DNA of 47,845 nt. It comes from a virus (taxonomy: Duplodnaviria; Caudoviricetes). Below are positions 20,245 to 29,129 of this stretch, piece by piece (positions within the stretch are counted from its first letter, which is position 1; each line of letters opens with the position of its first letter). A model generated the notes under the pieces. It saw only the letters and a program-made list of their open reading frames with translations, did not search any database and was not told the origin of the DNA. The position numbers and the translations under genes were made by a program. The DNA is taken from positions 1 through 47,845 of IMG/VR virus record IMGVR_UViG_3300048574_000460; one strand, written 5' to 3'.

Positions 20245-20279
20245 CAAATATATATACAAATAAACGTATATACAAATAA
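20245..20279 (-). promoter_or_regulatory. Promoter with tandem operator-like repeats
   Basis: TATATTTG at 20245-20252 (minus strand); TATATACAAATAA repeated at 20251-20263 and 20267-20279. Confidence 0.6.
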
Positions 20280-20320
20280 TTAGACATATTTTTTTGCAAA
20301 AAGCCAAAATTATAAATGAC

Positions 20321-20349
20321 AAAAAGGCCCCGGAATAACCGAGGCCTTT
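20321..20349 (-). terminator. Terminator of the lysis operon
   Basis: AAAGGCC..CGG / CCG..GGCCTTT stem with a T tract on the minus strand. Confidence 0.7.
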
Positions 20350-20373
20350 ACAAGTATGATAGAATTATCACTT

Positions 20374-20817
20374 TCAAAAAAACAACTTCTTCCTAAATTT
20401 CACTAGTAAATACACCATAATTGAAATAATAAGTACACTAAATCCTTTCACACAAACTCGTTGGTACCAATTCAACTTCGCAGGTATCTCTTTGATAACA
20501 TCTAACTTGTACGGTACTTGAATAGTATCCGTTATGTGCGTTTCAATATACTTCAACTTTACAGGTATTGGTACGCTTTTCACTGTCAATGAATGATGTA
20601 ATTTTCCATCCCAGCTGGCGGAAGATCGTGCATACTTGTTTTCTAATACACTGGATGTATCGATTGTCGTTATTGAATCATGATAAGGAATCAAGTGTAC
20701 ATCCACTACCGTATCTTTTACCACACGATCAACGTAGTGTGCAGAATTAACCGGTACATATACGGTTTTAGAACAGGCTAAAAATAGCAATGGAAGTACA
20801 AAAAGTATCTTTTTCAT
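20374..20817 (-). CDS. Lysis lipoprotein, probable unimolecular spanin
   Basis: True start MKKILFVLPLLFLA-C (lipobox), beta-rich middle, C-terminal TM GFSVLIISIMVYLLV then KFRKK; last lysis gene. Confidence 0.65.
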   Translation of the reverse strand: MKKILFVLPLLFLACSKTVYVPVNSAHYVDRVVKDTVVDVHLIPYHDSITTIDTSSVLENKYARSSASWDGKLHHSLTVKSVPIPVKLKYIETHITDTIQVPYKLDVIKEIPAKLNWYQRVCVKGFSVLIISIMVYLLVKFRKKLFF

Positions 20818-21029
20818 TGTCTTGTCAATTGAGAAGTTCCGGCAATTGCAGCACAAGCTGCAACAACAAATCCAAGCACTGCGATCAGTGTTTGATCAAG
20901 ATTAAGGTTCATGGAAGCGTTCACAATCAATACAGCAGTTGCGGATCCTCCAATACTCAAAGCATATTTCTTTAATTTTTTAAAGAATACCGGTGATTCA
21001 GATTTGAATCGTTCAATTAGTTCGTTCAT
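20814..21029 (-). CDS. Small two-TM membrane protein (holin/antiholin-like)
   Basis: 71 aa with two hydrophobic segments, overlapping both lysis neighbours. Confidence 0.6.
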   Translation of the reverse strand: MNELIERFKSESPVFFKKLKKYALSIGGSATAVLIVNASMNLNLDQTLIAVLGFVVAACAAIAGTSQLTRQ

Positions 21030-21469
21030 ACTTTAAGTTTAAATGATTGATTTCTATTTCCTATTTTTTTTGATGAAAGGTGAACCCACATCGCACCGGT
21101 TTTTGAATTCCGTTCATTGATACATTGATCAAAGGATATTTTCTGCTCTTTCAATGCAACTAATACAATTTCCCATGATTCAGAAGCAGAATATCCCTGT
21201 ATGCAAAAATCAATTGCAGTTCCAGATAAATGGGCAGAGGTATCTTTTCCTTTAACCGCATTATTTAATTTCGGAGACCGGTACCATGAAGTAATAATGA
21301 ATGGTTTACCAATTCTATCACGAATCGGTTGTAAAACATTTTCAGCAAACCAAATGGTATCGTTCAAAATTTCTGGTGATAAACTATTATCAATTTTAAG
21401 CTTAATTGCCATAGAGCTACGGGTTGCTTCGCTCAGTGTAAAGTTTTTTGATAAACTAATGTCTTTCAT
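21026..21469 (-). CDS. Endolysin, peptidase M15A family
   Basis: LSKNFTLSE, ITSWYRSPKLNNAVKG, SAHLSGTAID (H, D zinc ligands) and WVHLS. Confidence 0.9.
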   Translation of the reverse strand: MKDISLSKNFTLSEATRSSMAIKLKIDNSLSPEILNDTIWFAENVLQPIRDRIGKPFIITSWYRSPKLNNAVKGKDTSAHLSGTAIDFCIQGYSASESWEIVLVALKEQKISFDQCINERNSKTGAMWVHLSSKKIGNRNQSFKLKV

Positions 21470-21938
21470 CTATTCCTTTATTTTTAGTTTCTAATTCTGA
21501 TAGGTCTATATCAAAATGCCTTTCAGCTTTGTCAACCATAATTTTTTGCATGATCTTAGCCCACTTGGATCCATTGCAGCTTGATTTATTTTCAAGCATT
21601 GACCATACCTGTATGAAGCAAAATATTCCTGTAACGAAGTTTGCCAAGAAAAGCCCTGAAAACATGACTAGCACATACTTGTCGATTAAATATGCCAGCA
21701 GAATTAATGAATAGATCTCCAACATGGTTGGAATGATCTTCTTGGCATTCTTACTCTTGAACTTCCCGGAAGCTGCATGTGGATACTTTTCCTTCACGCG
21801 CTTGGAAAGCTCCCATGATGTGTAGCAATCCATGCAAATTGCGATGGTGCAAATAATTACAAACATTGCTGTATTGCATAATACAGCTGTTACACCGCCT
21901 AGAAGGGCAAAAAGCCATTTGTAAATGGTAGCTTGCAT
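21456..21938 (-). CDS. Holin
   Basis: 160 aa with 3-4 TM segments and a WSMLEN motif; directly upstream of the endolysin. Confidence 0.8.
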   Translation of the reverse strand: MQATIYKWLFALLGGVTAVLCNTAMFVIICTIAICMDCYTSWELSKRVKEKYPHAASGKFKSKNAKKIIPTMLEIYSLILLAYLIDKYVLVMFSGLFLANFVTGIFCFIQVWSMLENKSSCNGSKWAKIMQKIMVDKAERHFDIDLSELETKNKGIDERH

Positions 21939-21940
21939 AG

Positions 21941-22492
21941 TTACAGGTTCTTAATGTTCAACATATCAGCTGCTTCACGATCAAAGACAACGGACCATCC
22001 ACGGCAGGACCATCCTTTATGTTCGAAAGGAGCCAAATAATACGATTTGCTTAGTTCTTTAAGCCAGGATGATTCCGCCTGATCAGAATGAATCATTGAC
22101 AAGATATTTTTGGCAATTGAAAGTGTCGATTCCGAATGAAGCGCATATTCGACAGGATCGGAACCGCCTGTAATCTTACCCATCACGGTAAAAGCCATCT
22201 TCCAATTATTCTGAATGCTATTCTTTGAATCAGTGGAGGAATTGATCTCTCCATAATCAACGAATAAGATGTATCCTTCACATTTGTCAATCTGCATCTT
22301 GATGGTATCTTCATCCGGTCCAAAAACAAATCCAGTAAGCGATTGGATCCTTGAATGCTTTGGCATTTCAATGATAGATGCCAACAAGGATGAATATCCG
22401 ACCATCTGGCTCTTTCCATTGGAAAATAGCCTAAGCACGCCATCCTTCAGCGGGAACTGTGCGAAGTATTTAAATATGTCCAGTATAATCAT
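21941..22492 (-). CDS. Hypothetical structural protein (tail-terminator-like)
   Basis: 183 aa in the portal operon; function inferred from position only. Confidence 0.55.
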   Translation of the reverse strand: MIILDIFKYFAQFPLKDGVLRLFSNGKSQMVGYSSLLASIIEMPKHSRIQSLTGFVFGPDEDTIKMQIDKCEGYILFVDYGEINSSTDSKNSIQNNWKMAFTVMGKITGGSDPVEYALHSESTLSIAKNILSMIHSDQAESSWLKELSKSYYLAPFEHKGWSCRGWSVVFDREAADMLNIKNL

Positions 22493-23460
22493 TTCAGTAT
22501 CTCGTTAATTATGTGGATGGGCAATCCTGTATTATCTGATATTTCAGTAATCTTCAATTTTGACTCATTCAGGCTTCGTACCGTCTCAATGGTTTTCTTC
22601 CGATTAATGGATAGGAACTCAAGAATATTGATCTGCTCTATCGTATTGATATCACCGTAACCGTCTGAACACAGGTTATAAAGCGACGCTGTTGCGCCAA
22701 TAGACATAGCACCTTCATGCTTTGGTTTTCCTTCCGTGAGCAAACGATATTCCGTCTTTCTGAACAGATAATTATTGAAGCATAAGAAGTTGAATGCAAT
22801 GGCCTCAAGGATATATTCGGGCAAAGAGGCAAATAATACCGCCTGATCATGCGCCATTGCAGAATCGTATGGGCCACGTTGAAACAAGATGGATGCCAAT
22901 AGCGGAAGTTGTTCCTTTTTTCCTCCGAGAAGTTCCTTCGCTTCCAGGTATTGAATGGCAACAAGACTACAGGTCAGCGTACCAAAAGAATTGTTGATAT
23001 TGTAAGATTGAAATTCATATCCATCAATTATAACCTTCGGAACCAGCTGGGCGCAGAAACATGAATCTAAAGCAAAAAAATAATCTTGTTTGGAAAGGTA
23101 TCGCGCTATGGCCTGCTCAGATCGTTCAGGAATAACCTTGCTAAAAAACGACTTTTCTTTGTCACTCAGTCCTTTCAGAACATCATCATGGTACACAATG
23201 TTAAAGATGAATGTTACCTGGTCCGCAAGCATAGAAAGATTACACAGTGAATCTTCCTCTTTAATCTTTCTAGGGTTCCAACCCATAATATCGCAGATGT
23301 ACAAGATCTTCACCATACCTACAGAAAGCTGACCATCCGAATAAAGCTGAATGTTCTTATATAAGTTCAGGTATTGTTCCGGAGTCAAGAGCTCCCAGGC
23401 GTTTGGTATCTGGAAGGTGGTGTCTTGATAGGCTATCAATATGTTATTCTTGATCGTCAT
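22489..23460 (-). CDS. Hypothetical phage protein
   Basis: 323 aa with 4-nt overlaps on both sides. Confidence 0.6.
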   Translation of the reverse strand: MTIKNNILIAYQDTTFQIPNAWELLTPEQYLNLYKNIQLYSDGQLSVGMVKILYICDIMGWNPRKIKEEDSLCNLSMLADQVTFIFNIVYHDDVLKGLSDKEKSFFSKVIPERSEQAIARYLSKQDYFFALDSCFCAQLVPKVIIDGYEFQSYNINNSFGTLTCSLVAIQYLEAKELLGGKKEQLPLLASILFQRGPYDSAMAHDQAVLFASLPEYILEAIAFNFLCFNNYLFRKTEYRLLTEGKPKHEGAMSIGATASLYNLCSDGYGDINTIEQINILEFLSINRKKTIETVRSLNESKLKITEISDNTGLPIHIINEILK

Positions 23461-24320
23461 CCCATAAAAAATATGCCGTCTTCCGGTTGGTTGAACGAGG
23501 TATCAACATCGACGGTTGTTGTCATCGATTCTATATTAAGGGTAATGTCGACCGCCTTTACGGTTTCCGTTGCTTGGTTCATCAGCTGTTTTGCCAAATC
23601 TAGCAAACGAGACTGCTCTGATTCTCCTGATCGGATGGCAGTGGAGTCATCAAATAGATTACGTATCGTAGAGGGAAGCTCGATCGGATCCATGCGTTGG
23701 ATAGCCACGGAAACGGTCATCTGGGCCAAAGCACGGCTCAAACGTTTTGTGGCCTTATCATCTTTTTTTAATGCCGCCTGGTCAAAATATCCAAACAGAT
23801 AATCATCAATGATTTCAGACTGAATAGGCATAGTCCTGAAAAAAAACAAATAAGAGCTATCAATGGGATAAAGAGCATTGAAATCATCTGCATTGTTTAT
23901 GATCAGTAACGCCTGCTGTTTCGCGAACGGAGTCTCTTTCCAGGAATTATCATCCTTAAGCAAATACAGCAGCGTATCCATTGCATTGTAGTATCCTTCC
24001 ATAAAGGAACGACGCATATTTTCCTGCTCATTCTTATAAATGGCAACCTCATTTTTTCGGTATTCAATGACATCAAACGTCACTTGCTTGACCATGGTGG
24101 CGTTTGCCATAGCTTGAGACAATGCCGATTTCTGTTCTTCGGAACCATCCACGCTAATGATCTTTTGATAAATCTGCGGTGTGATTATTGCGCAGATCTG
24201 TTTCTTGGCTGACATGGCAGAACTGTTCAGTTTTTCCATGTCAACACTGGATCCAATAGATGGAACCACCAATTTCAAATCAGCGAATGTCGGGAATAGT
24301 TCTTCTAGTATTGTGCTCAT
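23457..24320 (-). CDS. Putative head-tail connector/adaptor
   Basis: 287-aa helical protein directly after the portal gene. Confidence 0.5.
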   Translation of the reverse strand: MSTILEELFPTFADLKLVVPSIGSSVDMEKLNSSAMSAKKQICAIITPQIYQKIISVDGSEEQKSALSQAMANATMVKQVTFDVIEYRKNEVAIYKNEQENMRRSFMEGYYNAMDTLLYLLKDDNSWKETPFAKQQALLIINNADDFNALYPIDSSYLFFFRTMPIQSEIIDDYLFGYFDQAALKKDDKATKRLSRALAQMTVSVAIQRMDPIELPSTIRNLFDDSTAIRSGESEQSRLLDLAKQLMNQATETVKAVDITLNIESMTTTVDVDTSFNQPEDGIFFMG

Positions 24321-25795
24321 GCCTGCTGTGCATTAAGGCGATTGCCTGGTGAAACATCTTCTTGCCTAGACGGTACTTCTCTGTAAAATCCGATACGATA
24401 TCCTTCCGCATATAATTGCGGAAAATTTCCCTGTAGGCAAATTTGATTGAGTGGCTCACAGACCTTCTCATCATCGTGAGTCAACGAAAGCAGATAGATC
24501 AGATAGTTGTAGTACAGGTCGGATCCAGACTTGCTGATTATTCCATCCTTACTGACTCCTGATACGGATGCATCCATTCCCACAGACGTAGTGATCACTT
24601 CGTCTGCACGTTTATCATAAGTAATCAGAGCCTCAATGTACTCCTTGTACTTCATATCTATATTTTCGATTTTCCAACGATCTTCCTCCTTATTCTGCCC
24701 TTCACGATGTGAATAAGTTGCCCAGGCTTTACCTTGGTTTTCCGAACCGGATAGATAGGCGGATAGTTTTCGAAGCTCCTGATTTACGAACTTGATCAAA
24801 GAGGATTCCCGGAACTCGGTGCCTATCTCGATGTCGTTATATTTGACTAATGAAAGAGCCGGAGTAGAGGCAGCCCTTCTCTTGTTCTCATTGCAAAGAG
24901 CCGTGATCTGCTTACGCTTCTGCTCCATCCAACTATCTGGAATGATGATGTGTACCTTGGCGGCCAGCGAATTTTTGAGGAAGCTATTGATATAGTCGGC
25001 ATTCTGATTGGCACCTCTGATGTATGACCGTGTGCCCTGGTGAGTTTCGTTATTTCCGTAGAAATCGCCCACCGATTTTTCCCGATGATGGGATATGGCA
25101 GCAAAGTTGTATTTGCCAATGTCTCGGATATCGAATCGAGGATATATCTGGAAATTTGAACCACCAAACATCCATGCACCAACGGCAATCTGGCGAAGAT
25201 CCCGATACTGCATCAATGTTGTGGCTTGGTCAGTTCTTGAGGTACAAAGCCTACAATCCCTGTTTTCCATGGCTTCAAGACCGGCAATGGGCATCTTGCC
25301 TATTGCAGAGCCAAACGACATACGAGCTTTGGTGAAGAAGTCCCTGAAGTAATAGTAGTTCTTGGCGTTTGTTTTACAGAAGTCATTGACCGATTGCTCC
25401 ATCCCATTGATCATCCACCTATCAAAGTATCCCGTTACCTCCTTGTTCTCGATCCATTGCTTGACAACCTTATTGTTCTCAATGCTGGTCTTGTACATCA
25501 TGGGGCCATTGCCGTATAGGATGGTCATCTGTTTATTGTATAGCCTTGGAAGCAGGCGATTAGCCTCGATGTCGCGTTCAGTCTCTTCAACCAATGCGTT
25601 GTTGTATCCACGTGCTGCAACCTGGTAACCATTGACCGTAAGCCACAACTGTTGGTATCCTATCATCGATTGGCTTTGCTCGAAGCCAGGGTCCATGGCT
25701 CCGGAAGGATTGGTGCCCATCTGAAAGGAAAAGGTATTGTTCTCGTCAACGTACGCTCCGAGGTTACCAATCATTTGACAATCGTAATCTTTCAT
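24317..25795 (-). CDS. Portal protein (probable)
   Basis: 492 aa downstream of terminase; LYGNG, LSGSENQGK and SGSD motifs resemble Bacteroidota phage portals. Confidence 0.7.
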   Translation of the reverse strand: MKDYDCQMIGNLGAYVDENNTFSFQMGTNPSGAMDPGFEQSQSMIGYQQLWLTVNGYQVAARGYNNALVEETERDIEANRLLPRLYNKQMTILYGNGPMMYKTSIENNKVVKQWIENKEVTGYFDRWMINGMEQSVNDFCKTNAKNYYYFRDFFTKARMSFGSAIGKMPIAGLEAMENRDCRLCTSRTDQATTLMQYRDLRQIAVGAWMFGGSNFQIYPRFDIRDIGKYNFAAISHHREKSVGDFYGNNETHQGTRSYIRGANQNADYINSFLKNSLAAKVHIIIPDSWMEQKRKQITALCNENKRRAASTPALSLVKYNDIEIGTEFRESSLIKFVNQELRKLSAYLSGSENQGKAWATYSHREGQNKEEDRWKIENIDMKYKEYIEALITYDKRADEVITTSVGMDASVSGVSKDGIISKSGSDLYYNYLIYLLSLTHDDEKVCEPLNQICLQGNFPQLYAEGYRIGFYREVPSRQEDVSPGNRLNAQQA

Positions 25796-26109
25796 ACGAA
25801 CCGTATTTTTCTTAGTTTGAAATTATCTTGAGGGAACCCCATGAATCGTATCAGGATGCGATAGCACATCTTAGGATTACCTTCTGAGTCTGTGAATAGA
25901 AAGAAGTTGTCACTATCAATATCGAAGGCTTCATTAGGCAATTGAGCCCTAGTCTTACAGCCTTTCTTAATGGTCAATTGACTAGAAGCCTTGTTCTTGC
26001 TCCGACTGCAGGAAAAGAATGCAATTGTAAAGGTGCCATCGGGTATCTTAGAGATCTCGTGGGCAAGTGACAATGCATCCATTCCTTTCATTTCAGTTTC
26101 ACTTTCCAT
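25792..26109 (-). CDS. Hypothetical phage protein
   Basis: Start revised to ATG 26109 (or the next Met) because the late-promoter motif lies at 26114-26148. Confidence 0.6.
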   Translation of the reverse strand: MESETEMKGMDALSLAHEISKIPDGTFTIAFFSCSRSKNKASSQLTIKKGCKTRAQLPNEAFDIDSDNFFLFTDSEGNPKMCYRILIRFMGFPQDNFKLRKIRFV

Positions 26110-26113
26110 GCAT

Positions 26114-26148
26114 CGAAAGTAAATATCGACCAGCTGCTTGGAAAGGAC
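26114..26148 (-). promoter_or_regulatory. Putative late promoter, copy 3 (GTCCTTT-N20-TACTTTCG)
   Basis: Exact motif and spacing at the head of the portal-to-lysis operon. Confidence 0.7.
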
Positions 26149-26374
26149 GTAGACATGGGGGGCCTGTGTCATATTTCCCGCCTTTTTGCCTTGTGCAACG
26201 CAATTACGCGAGACAGCGGGGCGTGGTGTCAACTGTCATGTGAATTTCTTCAATATTTTTTTGAAACCGTTTCGTTTTGACAGTGAAACCGTTGGACGTT
26301 TGACCGCTGTCAAACATCATTCAGATTTATTTCCTGCGATTTTATATTGCTATGTGTTTCCCTCATTATTGCTA

Positions 26375-28123
26375 TTAGCATGCACCTAGATCGGGCAAAT
26401 TATCAGGTATATTTGAAAATTCAGCCGGCAACCGGTCGCCATAAAGGCCAAAAAACATATAAATCGCTGCCGATGGAAGCTGCGTTGAGAGTCCCGCTTG
26501 TTTATTGTATGGTATTTTTTTCTCGGACGATTTATCCAGTTCAATCTTTCCATCTGTTTTTTTCATTGGAGAAATCATAATCGAGCTGCAAAGGTTCGGG
26601 CATTCGTTTTCATCAATGAGAACTTCCGGCATGTTATTGGAACGGCCACCAAATAGGAACAGCAAAAGCTTATATTGCATCCAGTGATAGATAGTAGATT
26701 GACCTTCATTTTGCAGCTCTACATTGAAACCAAAACCTTCCAGTTCACGTTTCAAGATGCGTGCATCTGTAGTGACCTGTTCATACTCTTCTCTGCGCTT
26801 ATTCCCTGCCCTATCATGGAATAGTCTGATTCTCTTATTCTTAGCATCACTTCCAAAAAACTCATAAAAGGCCCTGGCTAGGTCGGTCTGATCTTTAGGT
26901 GAGTAGCAGAAAAATTCCTTTAGCACCCGGAGTTGGTTTTTATCTTGTTTCTCCTGGGCAACGATCATGGATGAAAAATTACCAGGGTCATAACCAATGA
27001 TAATTTCTTCTTGTGGGTCATAATATTTTAAGTAATGGGCTGTAAGTCGGAAATTATTGGAGATATCCCAAGACATGATACCTTGATATTTGTATGAATC
27101 CTGGAACTGATGAACGCGCGGGTTGTAGTTAGCAAAGAACCGGTTAACCACAGCGCGTCTTCGGATGGCACAGATGGCCGTCAGAAACTCATCAGGATCG
27201 AGGAGTTCGTATTGCTGCTTGAAAAATTTAGGACCTAAAAAATCTTTATTCACGAATGAACTAGCTCGGATGTAGTACGTGGCATTCCGGCGCATGTCAG
27301 CCAGTCGTGGTGCCCAACGAATGAGCTGTCGTTTTGCCTTTTCCTTTTCCAATCGAAGGCGCTCCAGCACAATAGGATTTTTCTCCGCATGGAACATCTG
27401 CTCAATCTTAAACAATGAAACCTGCGCATTATTGACGGTCATGGCCACAGTGGCAATCTCATCGATCAAATCCTTATCTACATTCTTTTCATAGTCTTCG
27501 AACCAGTTATTTTCTCCAAGGTCAACACGGGCCGTATCGCTTACGCCTGTAATTCCCTGATAATATGCAGACTGACGAATAGTTGATGAAGATCCACGCA
27601 AGGATGGGAATAGCCTTGTCTTCAACTTCTCACCGCTATTATGCTTCATCTCTTCGACAAATGCATGTACACCAGATCGACCGGCTACCGACTCAGGCTG
27701 ATCCGATGAAACCATCTGAAGATGGAATCCATTACGAAATAGAATGCTGTGCTTTGGATAACTGATTGGATAGCGTGGTCGTTTGAAGTGAGAGGGAATC
27801 TTTGTCTCTCCAACAACATAATCGTTTCCATATTCGAGCATGGAGCGTCGCCCTCCATCAATTGGCTTGGAATAGTAGGCTGATATGTTTGGCCAAATAT
27901 TTGACAGTAGTGATACATACGTCTTTGCAACCAAAAATCCAAGCTCACCTGGCATATCGTTGGCAACACGAATGGAACGCGGGCCGGTGATTCCTTCCGT
28001 CTTTCCGCCGGCACGGGCTACCTCGGCAATAAGAACGTTTGAATCAACCAGCGTGGCACGGATCTGCATGGAATTCATGTAGTAATCCTCAAATCCTTGT
28101 ACGGAATCGATATCGTTTTCCAT
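26375..28123 (-). CDS. terL: Terminase large subunit
   Basis: Walker A ARAGGKT, Walker B HAFVEE, and nuclease-domain acidic motifs IIIGYDPG and FHDRAG. Confidence 0.85.
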   Translation of the reverse strand: MENDIDSVQGFEDYYMNSMQIRATLVDSNVLIAEVARAGGKTEGITGPRSIRVANDMPGELGFLVAKTYVSLLSNIWPNISAYYSKPIDGGRRSMLEYGNDYVVGETKIPSHFKRPRYPISYPKHSILFRNGFHLQMVSSDQPESVAGRSGVHAFVEEMKHNSGEKLKTRLFPSLRGSSSTIRQSAYYQGITGVSDTARVDLGENNWFEDYEKNVDKDLIDEIATVAMTVNNAQVSLFKIEQMFHAEKNPIVLERLRLEKEKAKRQLIRWAPRLADMRRNATYYIRASSFVNKDFLGPKFFKQQYELLDPDEFLTAICAIRRRAVVNRFFANYNPRVHQFQDSYKYQGIMSWDISNNFRLTAHYLKYYDPQEEIIIGYDPGNFSSMIVAQEKQDKNQLRVLKEFFCYSPKDQTDLARAFYEFFGSDAKNKRIRLFHDRAGNKRREEYEQVTTDARILKRELEGFGFNVELQNEGQSTIYHWMQYKLLLFLFGGRSNNMPEVLIDENECPNLCSSIMISPMKKTDGKIELDKSSEKKIPYNKQAGLSTQLPSAAIYMFFGLYGDRLPAEFSNIPDNLPDLGAC

Positions 28124-28764
28124 TATTCTGTTATTTCTTCGGATTCCACATCAATTATATTAGCATCCATCTTTAGCCTAGATTTCTCATCCTTATCTAT
28201 GCTAGTCAAGGAATCTATCAGCTGCGAATAGAATGCTTCCTCATGCTTGCGGGCGATGGATTTTAAACTCTTCTTTCCAAATCCAAGATCTTCAGTCGTC
28301 AGCGTGTTACTGATAAGGAATACCGGTGCCCAGTTTTTTTCCGTTTCCGCTATAGCCGATGAACGTCGGCGGCATTCCAAAGCGGCATCCTGACAAAGTT
28401 TAGCTGTTTTGTAATCGCCCTTGGAAATGCACATGGTAGTCAGATTCTCATATCTATCGGCGTAATTGCTCTCCCATACCTTTTGAGCAACATTGCAGTC
28501 GATGTCAAAATAATCGATTGCCGAATAGATGCGAGACTTGCATAGTCTTACGTCGACATGCTCACCTTGCTCGGCAAGAATGCGCTGCTTGAGCTTTTTT
28601 GAGCATCGGGTAATATTCCGCTCGTACTCGTAGATCTCTGCGGCCCACTGGATCTGCTTGAGAAACACCTGTATTTCCTTGGGTATCCCAGAGCTGCTTC
28701 CTGTCTCCAGAAAGTTGGATATCAGATCCGGGTGGAAGGTGCTTAGTTTGTCGGTAAGGGTCAT
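28123..28764 (-). CDS. Hypothetical protein, possible terminase small subunit
   Basis: 213-aa helical ORF translationally coupled to terL. Confidence 0.5.
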   Translation of the reverse strand: MTLTDKLSTFHPDLISNFLETGSSSGIPKEIQVFLKQIQWAAEIYEYERNITRCSKKLKQRILAEQGEHVDVRLCKSRIYSAIDYFDIDCNVAQKVWESNYADRYENLTTMCISKGDYKTAKLCQDAALECRRRSSAIAETEKNWAPVFLISNTLTTEDLGFGKKSLKSIARKHEEAFYSQLIDSLTSIDKDEKSRLKMDANIIDVESEEITE

Positions 28765-28775
28765 TGCTTTGACAT

Positions 28776-29129
28776 TTAAATTCCAAATAAATCACGTCGT
28801 AGGTCTAACTCCTGGCGTTCATCCTTACGCTGTTGCTGAAGGATGATGGCATCCACTTCGCCTTTTTCTGCTTTCTTTGCCAGCTCGGCATCGATATTGT
28901 ACTCTCCTATGAATTTTCCATTGAAATAAGCCGTGTTATAGGTATCACCGATGGATGTTATACGCATGATCAGGCTTAGGCGCTTGTGGCCAGTAAGGGA
29001 GAGCATGGAGGCAATGCGTTCAGGTGAATAACCCAAGGATCCGAACGCCCTTACCTGGGCGATATAGTCCTCACCGATCTGTTCGAATGTAGCAAGAGCA
29101 GAACTTTCAACTTTCTTGGGTATCGACAT
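28776..29129 (-). CDS. HTH-containing packaging-region protein
   Basis: LGYSPERIASML helix-turn-helix, then AEKGEVDAI, resembling TerS-like proteins. Confidence 0.5.
   Translation of the reverse strand: MSIPKKVESSALATFEQIGEDYIAQVRAFGSLGYSPERIASMLSLTGHKRLSLIMRITSIGDTYNTAYFNGKFIGEYNIDAELAKKAEKGEVDAIILQQQRKDERQELDLRRDLFGI

Noticed and set aside
26110-26232. N-terminal extension of the 146-aa ORF
   Set aside because: It overlaps the promoter motif; a downstream ATG is more plausible.
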